A stretch of 64,000 nt of DNA from Mobula hypostoma (GCF_963921235.1 NC_086097.1:206772001-206836000), one strand, 5' to 3'; counted from the first letter of the stretch, positions 12,401-26,699 are shown. The notes: generated by a model not told the origin, from the letters alone. Translations and numbers: made by a program.

Positions 12401-14149
12401 AGGGTCATGTGAAACAGCGTCAGAACAACTTCTCATGATTAAATAGTCAACTGGCCACGTTTGTAATATGTTGAGGAGAAACCTCAGCTGTGCTCTGAGA
12501 CAACCCTGTCACAGCTATAAGATTAATGCTTGTGAGTTTTTTCACTGGGCACTAATGATGTTCATCAACAACCAAATCACAGCAAGGGCCTACATATATC
12601 TGGACATAAGTGGCATATTCATAATGTAGCCTCTCACAACAAATTTCATTGGATCGTTTACTTCTGTAAAAGCTCTTGAGCCTGTCATTGGAAGCAATGA
12701 AGCCATGAATTATACACCAATCATGATGATTGGTCATTAAATATGATGACATAACTATCAAAACCATTTCCTTGGTACTCTGCTAAAATGTCTGCTTCAG
12801 TAAGCTGTGCTGTCTCTGGAAAGGGGTAGGAATCAATGTCCTTCAAACTGTTGTGCATTGAATATTTCAGTAATATTTGAGTAATAATTTCTGGAGTTAC
12901 AAAATATAACAGTGGGGGCAAGTATGTTTTAAAATGAACCTACGCTGAATACCTACTTGTTTAAGAGCAGCACATGTTTCTTTGAAGGGAAGAGAAAGAA
13001 GTTTGATTTTTTTTAAAGTGTGCAGCATTTTTTTTTAATCTTTGGAAGGGGGAGAGAAAGACGGTTGAGTTAAAATAAGGCAGAATAGAGACAAAATTCA
13101 TGGGTTCATGGGTAATAATAATAATAAATTTTTAGAAAAGCAGAAATGGTTGGCTGCATCGAAAGATAGACGTACTTCATTGCACAACAGATCACTGGGT
13201 TATATATACTGACCAAATTGAGCAGTATCATAAACCAAATGGAATAGGTGATGAGAAATGACTGTCAGTTTTGCTGAGTGGAAAAGCAGATAGTTTGACT
13301 GCTACAACCAAATCAGCCAAAATGAATTATGCTAATATCACAAAAGTAATGCAGGAACATTTAGAACTGAAAACATTGTTGATTGCAGAATTACATTGGG
13401 TTTCATAAGTGGAATCAAAAGGAAGGAGAATCACTTCAGTGAATGTAGTTGAATTGAAGAAATTGTCTGAGTATTGTCAGTTCAGTGATGGTCTTAAGAC
13501 ATTGCTGATTTTGTGGAACCTTACAAGAAATCATTCAAAAACAACTCCAAACTGAAGCACAACACACATTATAAGAACAGTTGAAAATGTTATATCAATG
13601 GAAACAACAGCCAGGGATGCAATTGTGTTGGCAGTCAAGAATGAAAGTGAGAGTAGACAAAATTGCAACGTCTAAACAGAAATCTACAATACCAGACCAA
13701 GCAAATTATGTTGCTGTTGTGGCAGAGACCAATACAGCAGACCAGTACAGGTCTAAAGGTAAAATTTGCAGAAAATGCACAAAGTGCAGCACATATAAAG
13801 AGACAAAAATAAATGCACTGCACAGGGAAAGGAGAAAGATAAAAAAAATAGTCAAGTTGCAGTTTCAAAAAGAGCACTAATTGTCATGCTGTTGATGAAA
13901 AATCTGATAACAATGAGAGTGATACCAAACTGAATAGCCTTAAGAGTTACAATGTGAAAACTGACAAGAGACAAGCAATATGGCTTACACCAGAAATGAA
14001 CTGCAAATTAATTAAACTGGAATTAGACACGAACTCGGCTGTTTCAGTCATTTCACAAAATGAGCTTGAACGGTATTTCGAAGATACTGAACTGAAGCCT
14101 GTAAGTGTCCAGCTAAGAACTTATACTGGAGAAAAGATCATTCCTGTGC

Positions 14150-17100
14150 GAATTTATTATGCTAATTAGAAGACTTATTTACACTGATTTGAACATTAAG
14201 ATCATTATATGGGTAATTTAGTTAGTTATTTATTGCTGCAAGATCATTTGTCTTTGCTGGTTTGTAACAAAGGATCAAATATATCTTTTTCAATTTGGAA
14301 GTTCGTTATTTGAAAGCACATCATACAGTGTCAAGTTCTCTGGTTTAGTCTGTCAGCTGTTTTGGTTTGTTTTCAAATAACTACTACATTTTGTCAATGA
14401 TAAAAATAGTTATACAAGACAAACATCACTCTATGGCAAAGGATTGCTTCGGATCTTTTGGAGAAATTGCAAAACTGATAATAACACATCAGAAACTCAA
14501 GGAGCTTGTGGTAGGATTATCAGTGACCTTTTGTTGATTTATGCTGTGCATTTGCAGTTCGAACAAAGTTTTGAGTTGTCCGTGGAGTCTGTCCATTGGG
14601 CACTGTTGCTTAATCATGTGGTGTTTGCCTGAGGATTTGTTACTTTGTTTTATTGAAATGATGAAGTATTCTGGTTGCTAACATTTGAATTAAAGACTGT
14701 TTGGTCTGGTTTCAGCACAGTGGATGCACGGACAGTTTGTTTGTTGACTACATTTATTGAGTCGAATATCACCGGTGCTGTGAGCAAACAAAGAGTTAAT
14801 TGTGAGTTATGCAACTAGAGAAAGTAGCGTGAGTATGTTGATGCATGGAATTGGCACCAAGCTCATGAAGTCAGGGCTTGCAAAAGAGAAATTTAAGCTA
14901 AAGATAAGGCTAATCCAATTGAAAGTCATCAAAAGGAGTATGAAACAGATGTGATCAAAATTAAAAGTTTAATGACATCAATTATTGATCTTATGAAAAT
15001 TAAAGAAAATGCCTTACAAGTGTCTTGAGGAGTTGACTAATCTCTGCGAAGCTGTTGCTAAGCAACATCGCATGCTAATCTCATTACTTCCCAAGGCCGA
15101 ACAAACAAAGCAGAACCAATGTTTTTTTAAACATGAGAAATTCCATATTCTGGAAATCTAAGGAACACACACAAATGCTGGAGGAACTCAGCAGACCAGG
15201 CAGCGTCTATGGTTTCGTGATGAGACCCATCAGGACATCATTAAAACTGAGGCTGATTTAGCTGCATTAATCACACATCAATGATTATTGACGGATAAAC
15301 ATGCACTGGAAGAGCAAGAGAAGCATCTACAGAAAAGGAATGAAACCCCACTGGTTTCTTTGGCTGCATAAGTCTAAGGGAGACACACTCCAGTCCCACC
15401 AAACCAATGAGATTGAGATGGCTTTCCCACTCCAAACCCGGTTTGTGTGGATGCTATGTAATTTGCTACCCTGTTACAACTTAGTGCCAAGAAATAACAG
15501 ACAATACACTGCATATGACTAAAGGAATTATATTTATGAAACCTACTTAACCAAGGGGTTAGTAAAGAGAGGAAAGGAAAAAAAGCCCATTTTAGGTAAA
15601 CAGTCAAAGGTTCACAAGTTGGAACTCACCTTGAGCCTCTCTGTCATTCATGCGCTGGGCCCTCAGTCTGTGTAAAAGCACACACCACCTTCTGAATGTC
15701 ACTCGCAATCCATCTCGAACAAATGGGTCTCCCACAGGGAGTTATCCTATGACCGGTTCTCCCCATAATCTTCTCTCTTCACCTCCTGCCGAACAAAAGT
15801 TCCAAGACCAACCTTAGTGTCCCTCATAAAAACAAACCTTCCCCCACCCCCCAGTTCCACCATCCTAATTGGATGGCACACATTCCTCATTATCCTTTAT
15901 TTTCAACAATAACCCAAACAGGCTGAAAGCCGAACCAACTGCTCTTACAGAACTGCTAAATGTAATACCTACAGCATAATAGTAAAGATGTTAACCAGGG
16001 CATTACAGGAAGGAATAGCTATGGAAAATCAAGGAATAGCTTAAGTAGGAGGTAAAAATTGGCATACATATCACTAAAGTTCATGTGCTAAGAGCTTCAG
16101 GCGTTGTGAGTGCCTAAAGTGCTCCAGCAGGTCAGTCCAGTGGCATAAATTCCTATATTGAAAAGGCAAAAGAAAAACAAAAGCACCCAATATCAATGCT
16201 GGTTTATTTGTTCTTCAAGTGTCTGAAAAACAAGAACAAGACCCCCAAGAGGCAATTCAGGGTGTGCACTCTCAGCCTGCACTAATGAGGCACTCTGAAC
16301 CTATATCATATCTAACAACTCAAAGAGCCCATGGGGACATTCGCTAACCGCATAGAAAACTTCTTGTTTTAAATAACGGAAATCAAATTAGTATTATTGA
16401 TATTATGAGGAAGCAAAATGAAATAACAACATTATTGGTACAACCGCAAACATTTCATCTTTGCCGAAAAGAGAGATTCACATTTTCGATAGTGATCCAT
16501 TGCACTTTCATGCATTCACAAGTGCGTTTGAAAATAGTGTTGATGGCAAGACTGACAGTTATAGTATCTACCTTTATTTTCTTGAACAGTACACTAGAGA
16601 TCACCCTACAGAACTTGTCAGAAATTGTCAGCATGTTGACCCTTTAAAAAGGATTTATAAAAGCTAAGGCTTTACTACAGGAACATTCTGGTTTTAAACA
16701 GAAAATTGCATCTGCTGGCATACAAGAGGCTCTTTCTTTGGTAGCTATCAAATCTGAAGTTTTGAAAGCTCTTCAAGATGACAGTCTTTTTCTTAGAGGC
16801 AGTTCCAATGCCATGGAAGAAGTACAAATACATGTGTGAACCGGACATGCCTGTTAGAATGTCAATTATTGTAATGAAATTGCCCTATTTGCTTCAGAAT
16901 AAATGAAGAATCATGCTCTTGACTGCAAGAAAGGCATGACTGTGAGATTACTTTCACTAACGTTGCTAATTTTATAGAAATGCAAGTAAAGGTTTCTATG
17001 CATCCTGTGTTTGGGAATATACAGGATGCTACATCACAGGCAATAAGCAAAGGTGTAAATAAAACTAAGTCACAATTTTGTTCTAAGGCTAAAGGAAGCA

Positions 17101-20100
17101 GCTTTACCACTGCTATAGTCACTGAGAGAAGTAACTATAAATGAACCTGGAACTAATTGAAGGGAAATAGTCTCATCAGCCAAAGGGGTTTGTCTGTTCT
17201 GTGAGGATAATTTGTGCCCTCAGCTCGAGAAAACAGCTCATAGTGGGAAGATTGCCTTTCTAAAAGAAAATGGTGTCTGCTTTGGCTGTTGTGTAAAGGA
17301 TACATCAGCAAGGATTGCACGAAGCATCTTCCATGCAAGGTATACAGTGGAAAGCATCCTCACATACTTCTTATTCACTCTCATGAAAAGAGTATAGAAT
17401 CAAATCAAACTATGAAAAAATTAGACACAGCAGGGAGAGGTGCTCTGGTGTCTAATTGCCTTACATGGGCTGGAGAAATGACTGTAAACTTCCCATAGTT
17501 CCAGTACCAGTGAAGTCTAAGAAGAGAAACAAGACAGGGATTACTTATGCTTTCCTAGATCTCAGAAGTACAGCAGTGTTTTGCATAGTGAGCTCCATGA
17601 ACAAGCTCAACCTCAAAGGATAAAGAACACATATTCTCATATGCACCATGGGTCAGGAGATGATCGTGAGTAGCTACATTGTTTCAGGATTGGAAGTGGC
17701 TGGCTTAGATGGTGAAAATGATTGTGAACAACCTAACATCTATACACAGGAAAGTATGGCTGTCCACAAATGCAACATTCCTCAACAGAGGGATTTCCAG
17801 GAATGGTTTCACCTGACATGTCCATTTGCCAGAGATTGATTCAGGTATTGAGCTGCTGATAGAGTCAAGTGTGCCTAAAGCACTGAGGCTGTTGCAAGTG
17901 ACTCACATTGTTAATTATGGTCCCGATGCAATCAGAACAATGTTCGGTTGGACTGTGAATTAACCACTGAAGGGAGACCAGGGTGATGGAAGGGACTATG
18001 CACAGCCAGAGATGGCAGTTAACAGGATCTCAGTTTTGAACTTGGATAAGCTATAGCAGCGGCATCTCAAGGCAGACTTCTCTGAATGGAGTCAGGATGA
18101 ACGACCTGGTTTGTCAAGAAAAGATCACAAGTTCATGGAGCTGGATATGAATTCCACAAAACTAGTGGATGGCCACAGTCAGATTATTTTGCCACTGTGA
18201 AAAAAGGAGGTTAACAAGACAAATAAAAGGAAGATTGCTGAACAACATGTTCTCAATCTAAGGAAGTGGATTAGGAAGAATGTGTCATTTTACATTGACT
18301 ATACAACTTTCATGAAGGATGTCATCTCCAGAGGAGTGCCAGCAGAGGACCTGGAACACAGCGATCGGAAATCCTGGTGTATTCCACATTATGCTGTTTA
18401 TTATCCCAGAGAAGAAAAGCTTGTGTGCATTGTATTTGACTGTGGAGTGGCTTTTCAGCGAATATTGCTTAATGATCAGCTGTTACAGGGACCAGATCTC
18501 ACTGGCTCACTGTGGAGTCATAACCAGATTCAGAAAAGAACCAGTGGTGCTCATGACAGATATTGAGTCAAAGTTTCATCAGGTTAAACTGCCAGCAGAA
18601 GATGCAGATCTGCTGAGGTTTCTCTGGTGGCCTCTTAGTGACCTCAATCAAGATATGGTGGATTTTAGAATGGTGGTACATCTCTTTGGAGCAATTTCAT
18701 CACCAAGCTGAGCCAACATCTGTCTTGGTAAATGCACAGAAGACAATGAAGAACATTTCAGTGACAAGGCAGTGGATAAGGTTTTGAATTGCTTCTATGG
18801 TGATAACTGCCTTGTGTCATGATAGAGAATCTATGCTTCTCTATCATGACCTTGTATCCACTTGTGCTAGAGGCGGCTTTCAACTCACGAAGCAGGTAAG
18901 CAACAGGGTATACTAGCTGTGCTACAAGCAGAGCAAGGAGCGAAGGACCCGAAGGATTTGGATTTAGATCAAGGTATACCTTCAGTGGAGAGAGTACTGG
19001 GTATGCAACAGTGCATTGAGTCTGATACTTTCAAGTTTAAGATCACAATCCAAGATAGACCACTCACCAGAAGGGGTATCCTCTCCACAGTTAGTTCCAT
19101 CTATAATCCTTTAGGAATCTTGAGTCCAGCAATGCTATCTGCTAAAAGACCTTACAAGATCTATGTGAGAAAGGGCTTGGCTGGGATGACACTATATCAA
19201 CATCAGTTGTTCATGAGTGGAAAAGCTAGCTGGAAGAACTCTGCTAGTTGGAAGACTTCAAGGTTATTATATCTTTGAAACCCCTGGATTTTGGAGAAGT
19301 TACACCACTAAACAACAGTTTAACAGGATGCAGTCAAAGATGCCTATGGAGCAGTGACCTGCCTTTTGTTGCACAACACGTGCACAGTGCTTTTATCATG
19401 GGAAGATCTAGGGTAGCTTCATTGAAGTCAGTTGCCATCCCTCGTATGGAGCTCACCACTGCTATGGTGGCAAGCTGGACACACTGTGGAGGAAGAAGTT
19501 GCACATTCAGCTTCAAGACTCAATATTTTGTACTGAGTGTATTTGGAGCTGAAGTATATCAAGAATGAAAGTTACAGGTTCCAAAACTTCAATGCAAACA
19601 GAGTTTCAGTAATCCTTAAGGACTTACAAGCGTCTCAAAGGAGATATGTAAACACTTCAAGTGACTTACCAGATGTGGCACCTAGAGAGTTGAAGGTGAA
19701 GGCTTTCCTGAAGAATAAGACATCCGTGTCATGGCCTTGGTATCTTCTTCAGCCTGAAAATGAATGGCCTGCAAATCCTGATTGTCCTAGGGAACTCCTG
19801 CTTGATGATCTGGAAGTCAAGGGATTGTCATAATGAATTTCAGGCAGCTTGAAGAGGAGAAGGATGTGAACATGTAAAATCCATCACTTCTCATTTTGGA
19901 CCTCTTTGAAAAAGACAGTTGTCTGGATTCTTAGATTTAGGAACCTGCTCTTGTTTCTTAGTTGGAAGAGGAAACAAGTGAACATTGCTCTTGTTCCGTC
20001 TGATTTGGATGAAGAACAACAAGAGTACTCTTTGGAGAGAGAGTGATTAAGAAGGTCAAAGTTCAAATCATCGGAGATTGTCACTCAGTGGAGGAGCTCA

Positions 20101-20850
20101 GAAACGTTGAAATGGAGATCATTTGGTTTTGCAAAAATTGAGATTTCCATGTTAATTTTCAAGTTTGCAAACGGAGTAAGTGTGAAAAGGAATAGCCATA
20201 TTTTAAAGCTCTATCCAGTACTTGAAGGTGGTGTCTTCAGAGTTAGTGGATGGCTTAGTAGGGCAGCCATACCGGAAGAGTCTAAACATCCCATTATACT
20301 AGCAAAGGATCTCCATATCTCAGACCTCATTCTGAGGTATGTACATCAAGAAATGGGATACAGTGGCTGTAACTATTTTCTCCAGGCTGCACCAAAAATA
20401 CTGGATTCCAGGCACTAGTACAGCTATAAGAGGAATTCTGTCTAAGTGTGCTGTTTGTTGACAGTTGCATGAAGCTCCAGGATGCCAGCACATGGCAGAC
20501 CTACGTCTGGACAGGGTCTCTCCAGATGAACCTCAATTTACATGTGTAGGAGTGGACTACTTTGAACCTTTTGAGGTAAAGAGGAGGAGTACAGTGAAGA
20601 GGTATGGGCTCATATTCACCTGCCTGGCTATATGAACTGTTCACATTGAAGAGGCATCTTCTTTAGCCGAAGATTCCTTTGTTAATGCACTTTGACGCTT
20701 TGTAGCATAATGAGGACAGGTCTGTGAGAAGTGCTCTGATAATGCAACATACTTTCCAGAGAGAAGAGGATTTATGTGGCAGGTGCACATCAAGACCAAG
20801 ACCAGCCATCTGGACAGGCCTTTAACCAAAATTAGCTTCCTACAGGAGTT
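14150..20850 (+). mobile_element. BEL/Pao retrotransposon gag-pol, heavily degraded
   Basis: PKREIHIFDSDPL (DUF1759-like), Cys knuckles, protease [69 protein letters not shown], integrase KHPIIL and GVDYF. Boundaries approximate. Confidence 0.88.
15341..16007 (-). mobile_element. Solo LTR with 4-bp TSD, nested in the BEL region
   Basis: Minus strand starts TGTAATGCC and ends GGTTTCA. GGAA flanks both sides. Same family as 52885-53525. Confidence 0.82.
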
Positions 20851-21337
20851 GAGATGCATTCTATATTAAGTTGGAGTTTATAACTAAGCAGGGAGGAGTG
20901 TAGTGTATTTAATATTTCAGTAATATTTGAGTAATATTGTAAATATATTGTTTATTTAAGCATCCTTTGTTGTTTACATAATTCATTACAGTTTATACGA
21001 ATGAAGTACATGAATGGCATGTGTCATTAGGCCACCACATTGTAAGTGCACAGCACACAAAGTAAACCTAAGCGTACACATCCTCCTGGGCTCGTGGTTT
21101 GCTTTTGATTAATTTCTAGAGTTACAAAACATAACACAAACTACCACTGACCCAAGAGCATCAGGATAAAGGTAAGACATTGGTTAAAATCAAAAATGGA
21201 TTCATGGGATTAAAATAGATGGGTAAAATGCATGCAGGCATGTAATGGGTCAAAGGACTCACTTCTACGGTGTACCTAAGCTTAGTTAAAAAACTATTAT
21301 ATTTGGAAAAAATCCTTCCTTTTAGGCTTTTTTTCAG

Positions 21338-21444
21338 ATAAAATGCAATATTAGAGGGGCAGTCTGAACCACCTTAATAACAACTATTATTTGAAGCTCG
21401 AAAGAAACCTAATGGGAAAGTGGAGAAAACAAGTTACAGGAAAA
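21338..21444 (+). pseudogene. Exon-like segment of a decayed host gene
   Basis: TTTTTTTCAG acceptor and GTTAGT donor. Reads (D)KMQY*RGSLNHLNNNYYLKLERNLMGKWRKQVTGK. Phase 1 in and phase 0 out match both neighbours. Confidence 0.45.
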
Positions 21445-22335
21445 GTTAGTAGGGAAATAAGGTTGCTCTCAACTGGCATTGATTCTGAAAGGCAGAAATT
21501 ACATTACAAGAAATATAACAAGGAAGCTAAAAACACAAAATTATTTCAATAATTCACACAGCCATGGAGGTGGCATCCAAATCTACAGTTGGGAGAACAC
21601 AGATCGGAGTAATGGCGATAATTTGGAATGTTGGGGGGGGGGGGTCAAAGGTGTTTCTCAATGAAATACTAAGAGGATATAAACATATAGTATACCTAAA
21701 ATTCATACCATCAGTCTATGTATATAAGCTTTATAATTGTGGTGTATTTATATTAATGGTGTGTTTTTATTGTTATTATTGTGTTCTTTATCTTTTATGT
21801 TTTTTAATGCTGTATTGGATCCAGAGTAACAATAACTTCATTCTCCTTACATTTGTGCACTGGAAATGATATTAAGCAATCTTGAGTCTTGAAAAAATGA
21901 CCAATTCTATCAGTCTACACACATTATTGCAGAGTTTTGACTATGTATGTACATACATTTTTTTTAGTTATGGTTAAGTTGCTTATAAAGCTAAATGTTA
22001 AAAACTGATTGATTGAAAATAGAATATTGAAAAGCTGCTCAGTTCTGTTGAGCTCATTTGAATAATCTAAAACTTTCCATTTGCCTCTTTGCTTAAGTTA
22101 AAAGTCTCAGTTTGTTTTGGACCAATACATTGAATGAACGGGAAGCCTTGGCATTTAATTTTGCTAGGAAGCAAGACAGTAATTAGGTATCAAAAGCTTT
22201 ATTTTGTTATTCAGAAGCAACTCTGATGGGGAGGGGAAGATATTAATCCATTGCATGACTTTTCTATTGTATTTATGTTTGGTATTTTTCTCAGCAATTT
22301 ATGTTAATTGTAAATAAATGCATTAGTTGCTATAG

Positions 22336-22610
22336 TTTATGAAAGCTCTTATCAATGCATTACATCTAACATTTCAAAATGAAGTGAGTTTGAGTGCTTT
22401 TATGAGTACCAGCTCACACTGCCCTGGAACTACTTGTACAACAGTGCAGTCTGAAGATGGAACAATAATGCCTCCTTCTCAACTGAAAAAAAAAATATAT
22501 ACATGCAATTGTAAATGCCCTCATGTGCCTCTACAAACATTCTAAAGGCTGATTGAAAAAACATTGGGAAAGATGAGGCTCAAAACAAATTTAAGCTGCT
22601 ATATTTCAAT
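22336..22610 (+). pseudogene. Exon-like segment of a decayed host gene
   Basis: TAG acceptor, starts in phase 0 with FMKALINALHLTFQNEVSLSAF. Apparent frameshift at the A-run near 22490. Strong GTAAGT donor. Confidence 0.45.
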
Positions 22611-23169
22611 GTAAGTGAGCATGCTATCAGCGATTTTGATTATTCTCAGCTGAATCAGATTGGACTAAACATCATGTAAAATAAAAACAAAATGATGTTG
22701 TTATTTGGTTCCTGGGCATCATTATTTCACAGGACCTCATCTGGGAAAACCAAATCTCCTTCATTAACAAAAAGGCTCCATCGAGGATGTACTTCTTGTG
22801 TCAGCTGGTAAAGTACCATCTTCTACATTGCTATTATATAGAGCATCCTCACAACTGCCATTACCGTCTAGTCTGGTGCAGCATCCTCAGATAATACATG
22901 AAAACTACAGCAAACTGCCAGGTCAGCAGAAAGGGTCATGAGCTGCAGTCTACCATCAGGCTTGTAATCTGCCTTTTCCTAAAACTCCCTTCTGGAAAGT
23001 GATATAAAGCTATTAAAACTAAAATTCCACACCTTCTTAAAAGTTTCTTCTCTTGGGCAGTTAATCTGATCAACCTTTCTAGTTAGCCTCCCCACCCCAT
23101 TGCCCTTTATCTATTATCCCAGTCGCTGCATGGTAAACACTTTAAATCACTTTTTATAATGCTGTTTTG

Positions 23170-23720
23170 GCAATAATATCTCCTCTACGGTCACCATCAA
23201 CATGGAGATTCACAAGCCGCTGCCCTTACCGCTCTGCTCCACACAGTTAAGTACAGCTTCCAGTGCCGTATTTAGGATTGTTGATAACACCACTATTGTT
23301 GGCCATATCAAAGATGGTAACGAATCAGTATATAGGAGGAAGACTGAAAATCTGGCTGAATGGTGCCACAACAACAACCTCTCACTCAATGTCAGCAAAA
23401 GCTGATTATTGACTTCAGGAGGCGGAAGCAGTTCTAATTAGCGGACCAGAGCTGGGGAGGATCAGTAATATTAAATTTCTCTGCGTTATCATTTCAGAGG
23501 ATCTGTCCTGTGTCTAGCATTCAAGTGCCATTACAAAGAAGGCATGGCATCACCTGTGCTTTCTGAGAAGTTTGTGTAGATTCAGCATGCCACTATGACA
23601 AACTTCCATAGATGCACGGTGGAGAATATACATCAAGGCCTGGTGTGGAAACACCAAAGTCCTGGAACAGAGAAGCCTACAAAAAGTAATGGATACAGCC
23701 CAGTCCATCACTGTCAAAGT
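23170..23720 (+). mobile_element. Rex1/Babar-like LINE RT relic
   Basis: RIVDNTTIVG..ESVYRR..LAEWCHNNNLSLNVSK, then KFL and FLRSL-like segments. Confidence 0.7.
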
Positions 23721-23759
23721 AAACGAATCTCAAGGTAGTATATGGTGGCATGTACAAGA

Positions 23760-24175
23760 CCATAGGGTATAGGAGCAGAATAAAGCTACTTCTCCCATTG
23801 AGTCTTCTCTGCCCCTTTATCATGGCTGAACCGATTTTTCTCTCAGTCCCACTCTCCTGCGTTCTCCCCTTATCCTCTTATGCCCTGACCAATCTAGAAT
23901 CTATCAACCTTTGCCTTAAGTATACATATAGACATGGACTTCACGGATGCCTATGGCAAAAGATTCCACAGATGCACTACCCTCTGGTTAAAGAAATTCC
24001 TCCTCAGCTCCATTCTAAAAGGACACCCCTGTATTTTGAGGCTGTGTCCACTGGTCTTAGACTCTCCCACCACAGAAAACATCCTGTCCACAGGCCTTTC
24101 ACCATTTGATAGGTTCCAATGAGGTCACCCTTCATTCTTCTGAATTCTAGTGAATACAGGCCCAGAGCCATCAGA
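23760..24175 (-). mobile_element. CR1 3' fragment
   Basis: Reverse complement of the same C-terminal/3' UTR sequence seen at 165-551 and 52300-52710. Confidence 0.75.
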
Positions 24176-24355
24176 AAGACTTTGATAATAAATTTACCCT
24201 GAATTTTGAACTTTAACCTCTAACTTTATATTTATATACAAAAGAAAAAAATACTGTCATATTATCAGGATGTTTTACCCACAAACCTACTGCTCATCAG
24301 ATGTTTATTTGTTTCTTGTGATATTCTCTCTAAACTTCCAGAGACTGTTGTGCGT

Positions 24356-24636
24356 GGGCACCTCGGTGGAGGTTAGCTCAGGGCATCAGAGTTCAGTGTT
24401 CAATCCAAGTGTCCTCTGTAAGGAGTCTCTATATCTCCTCTCCCTGGAATGTGTGTGTTTTTTCTGGGTGTTCCAGTTTTCTCCTACAGTCCAAACACAT
24501 ACCGGGTAGGTTAATTGGTCATTGTAACTTGTCCCATGATCAGATTAGGTTAAATCAGCATTGTCAGGAATTGATGGGTAGTCTGGCTCAAAGTGCCTGA
24601 ATGGTCTATTCTGCTCTTTATCTCTAAATAAACAAA
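24356..24636 (+). mobile_element. V-SINE-type SINE
   Basis: Homologous to 7119-7428. Confidence 0.7.
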
Positions 24637-24644
24637 TGACGGGA

Positions 24645-24845
24645 GAGCAGCAGTTTCTGAGATAGTCAAAACATCCTGGCTGGCACCAGCAATCATTCCA
24701 TGGTCAAAGTCACTTAAATCACATTTCTTTGCTATTCTAATGTTTGTTCTGAAAAAACAACTGGACCTCTGGACCATATCTGCATGCTTTTAAGCTTTGA
24801 GTTGCTGCCACACGATTTACTGATTAGATATTTACTGAGTGTACA
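24645..24845 (-). mobile_element. Tc1/mariner relic
   Basis: Minus-strand AKKCDLSDFDHGMIAGA..TISETAAL resembles the Tc1 transposase N-terminal HTH. Confidence 0.65.
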
Positions 24846-25189
24846 TGGTGAATAAAGTTGATCTAAACAAAGTTCATCCAAATAAATAGCATATTCAAGA
24901 GACCACAAAAATAACCAACTCTAATTTGTCATTAAAATGTTCACCAAATGGATGCAAAAATTGGATATGTCGTGTTTTTAATCTCAGTTAATGGATCTTA
25001 ACATATCAATTATATCCCAAAGACTTAACTTTTAACCATCTTTCAGCTCTGTTAATGACAAAAAGGCTCAGTAACTGCATTTTGTCAATCCCTATGGATT
25101 GAATAAATTTATTTTACAGTAAATGTGAGGCAAGTTTTATCATTGTGTAAAACTGACATTAGGAGAAAAATAACAAACAAACCTCAGAT

Positions 25190-26170
25190 AGTCAGGATGC
25201 ACAACCACTCCTCTCTCTCTAGTGTCCTCAACATGGGTGCTCCCCATGGCTGAGACCATTACTGGACACTCTGCTCACATATGACTGCAGGGCCAAACAC
25301 CCAAGTAATTACGTCACTAAATTTGCCAATGACACAACTGTAATGGACTCATCACCAACAACAGTGAAACAGCCTACAGAAGGAGATGGAAAGTTCGTGG
25401 CCTAGTGCCAGACAAATAATCTCCTCCTTAATACTATGGGAGAATTCACACCCGCTTTTACATTGGTAGCATAGTAGTGGAAACTGCAAGCAGTTTCAAA
25501 CACCTGGGAATGAACAACACACACAACCTCTCATGGTCTCAGAACACATCCTACACAGTCAGGAAAACTCACCAATGCCTCTACTTTCTGTGGAGGCTGG
25601 AGAGAGCTGGACTTCACACATCCATACTCACATCATTCCACAGATGCGCAGTAGAGAGCATCCTGACAAGTTGCAACACAGCTTGGTACAGAAACTGCAC
25701 TGCAGTGGACAGGAAGACTCTACAATAGGTAGGCAAATCTGTCCAACACATCACCAGCACCAGCCTACCTGCCATCAATGACATATTAAACAGAAAGGTG
25801 CCGGAAAAGGGCCAATAATAGCATGAAAGATCCTACATACCCTGCTGATGAACTGTTCCACTCCCATTAGGAAGGAGGCTACATAGCATCCACAGCAGGA
25901 CCACTAAACCAGTTACTTTCCTCAAGCAGCAAGGCTGATCAACACCTCCATCCACTAACTCCATCACTGCTTTATTATTTCCCATCAACCACCTTATGTA
26001 CATCCTAGCATCACTCTATTGACATAGAATCAACCTATGTATCTAAGCTACCTTGTGTTTATATTTATTGTGCATATTATTATTATTATGTTTGTGGTTT
26101 TTTTGCTGCATAGGATCAGGGGTACCAATTCTTTCTTTTTCCTTACACCCATGTACAGGAACAGATATTA
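25190..26170 (+). mobile_element. Rex1/Babar-like LINE 3' relic
   Basis: KFANDTTV, SSFKHLG, HQCLYFLWRL, HRCAVESILT..AWY. Confidence 0.75.
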
Positions 26171-26326
26171 AGCAATTTTGAATTTTGTGTATAGAAACAT
26201 AGAAACATAGAAAATAGGTGCAGGAGTAGACCATTCGGCCCTTCGAGCCTGCACCGCCATTTATTATGATCATGGCTGATCATCCAACTCAGAACCCAGC
26301 CTTCCCTCCATACCCCCTGACCCCTG
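26171..26326 (-). mobile_element. Short 3' end of the young CR1 family
   Basis: Near-identical to 3092-3182 and to the reverse complement of 12280-12400. Confidence 0.85.
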
Positions 26327-26699
26327 CTGCTGCAGGTAACTTTTCCTTGCACGAATGCATGCTTGTGACAATGCATATGACAGTAAATTCAACTTTGACT
26401 TTCATTTGAACTTGCTTTTTTGATATTTGGCAGACAGATTTTACAATTCAAATCACATGCCAGTGAATTTGAATATCACAGGAAGTGAATTTCTGTAGTG
26501 GTTTTCCTAATTGCCCACTGTAATTTCTATACCTTAATCCCATCATCATAACAATCACCATTGGAAATTTAGTTCCTTAATTTCATTCTAGGAATATTGT
26601 CCAAATTCATTACTATGAATTTCATTTGTAATTATTTAATCATTCAACATAATTTATACATTGGAAATGGGCTCTTAATTTCTGAGAAAAAAAGATCAA

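Larger units (their letters stand above)
12849..21136 (+). mobile_element. Gypsy LTR retrotransposon (gag + protease remnant) carrying a BEL/Pao internal region
   Basis: TG..CA LTRs at 12849-12911 (internally deleted) and 20899-21136 share AATATTTCAGTAATATTTGAGTAATA and GAGTTACAAAA(T/C)ATAACA. TSD CAAAC at 12844-12848 and 21137-21141. PPT AAGCAGGGAGGAG before the 3' LTR. Gag-like FHKWNQKEGES and protease LELDTNSAVSVIS...LRTYTGE. Confidence 0.85.
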
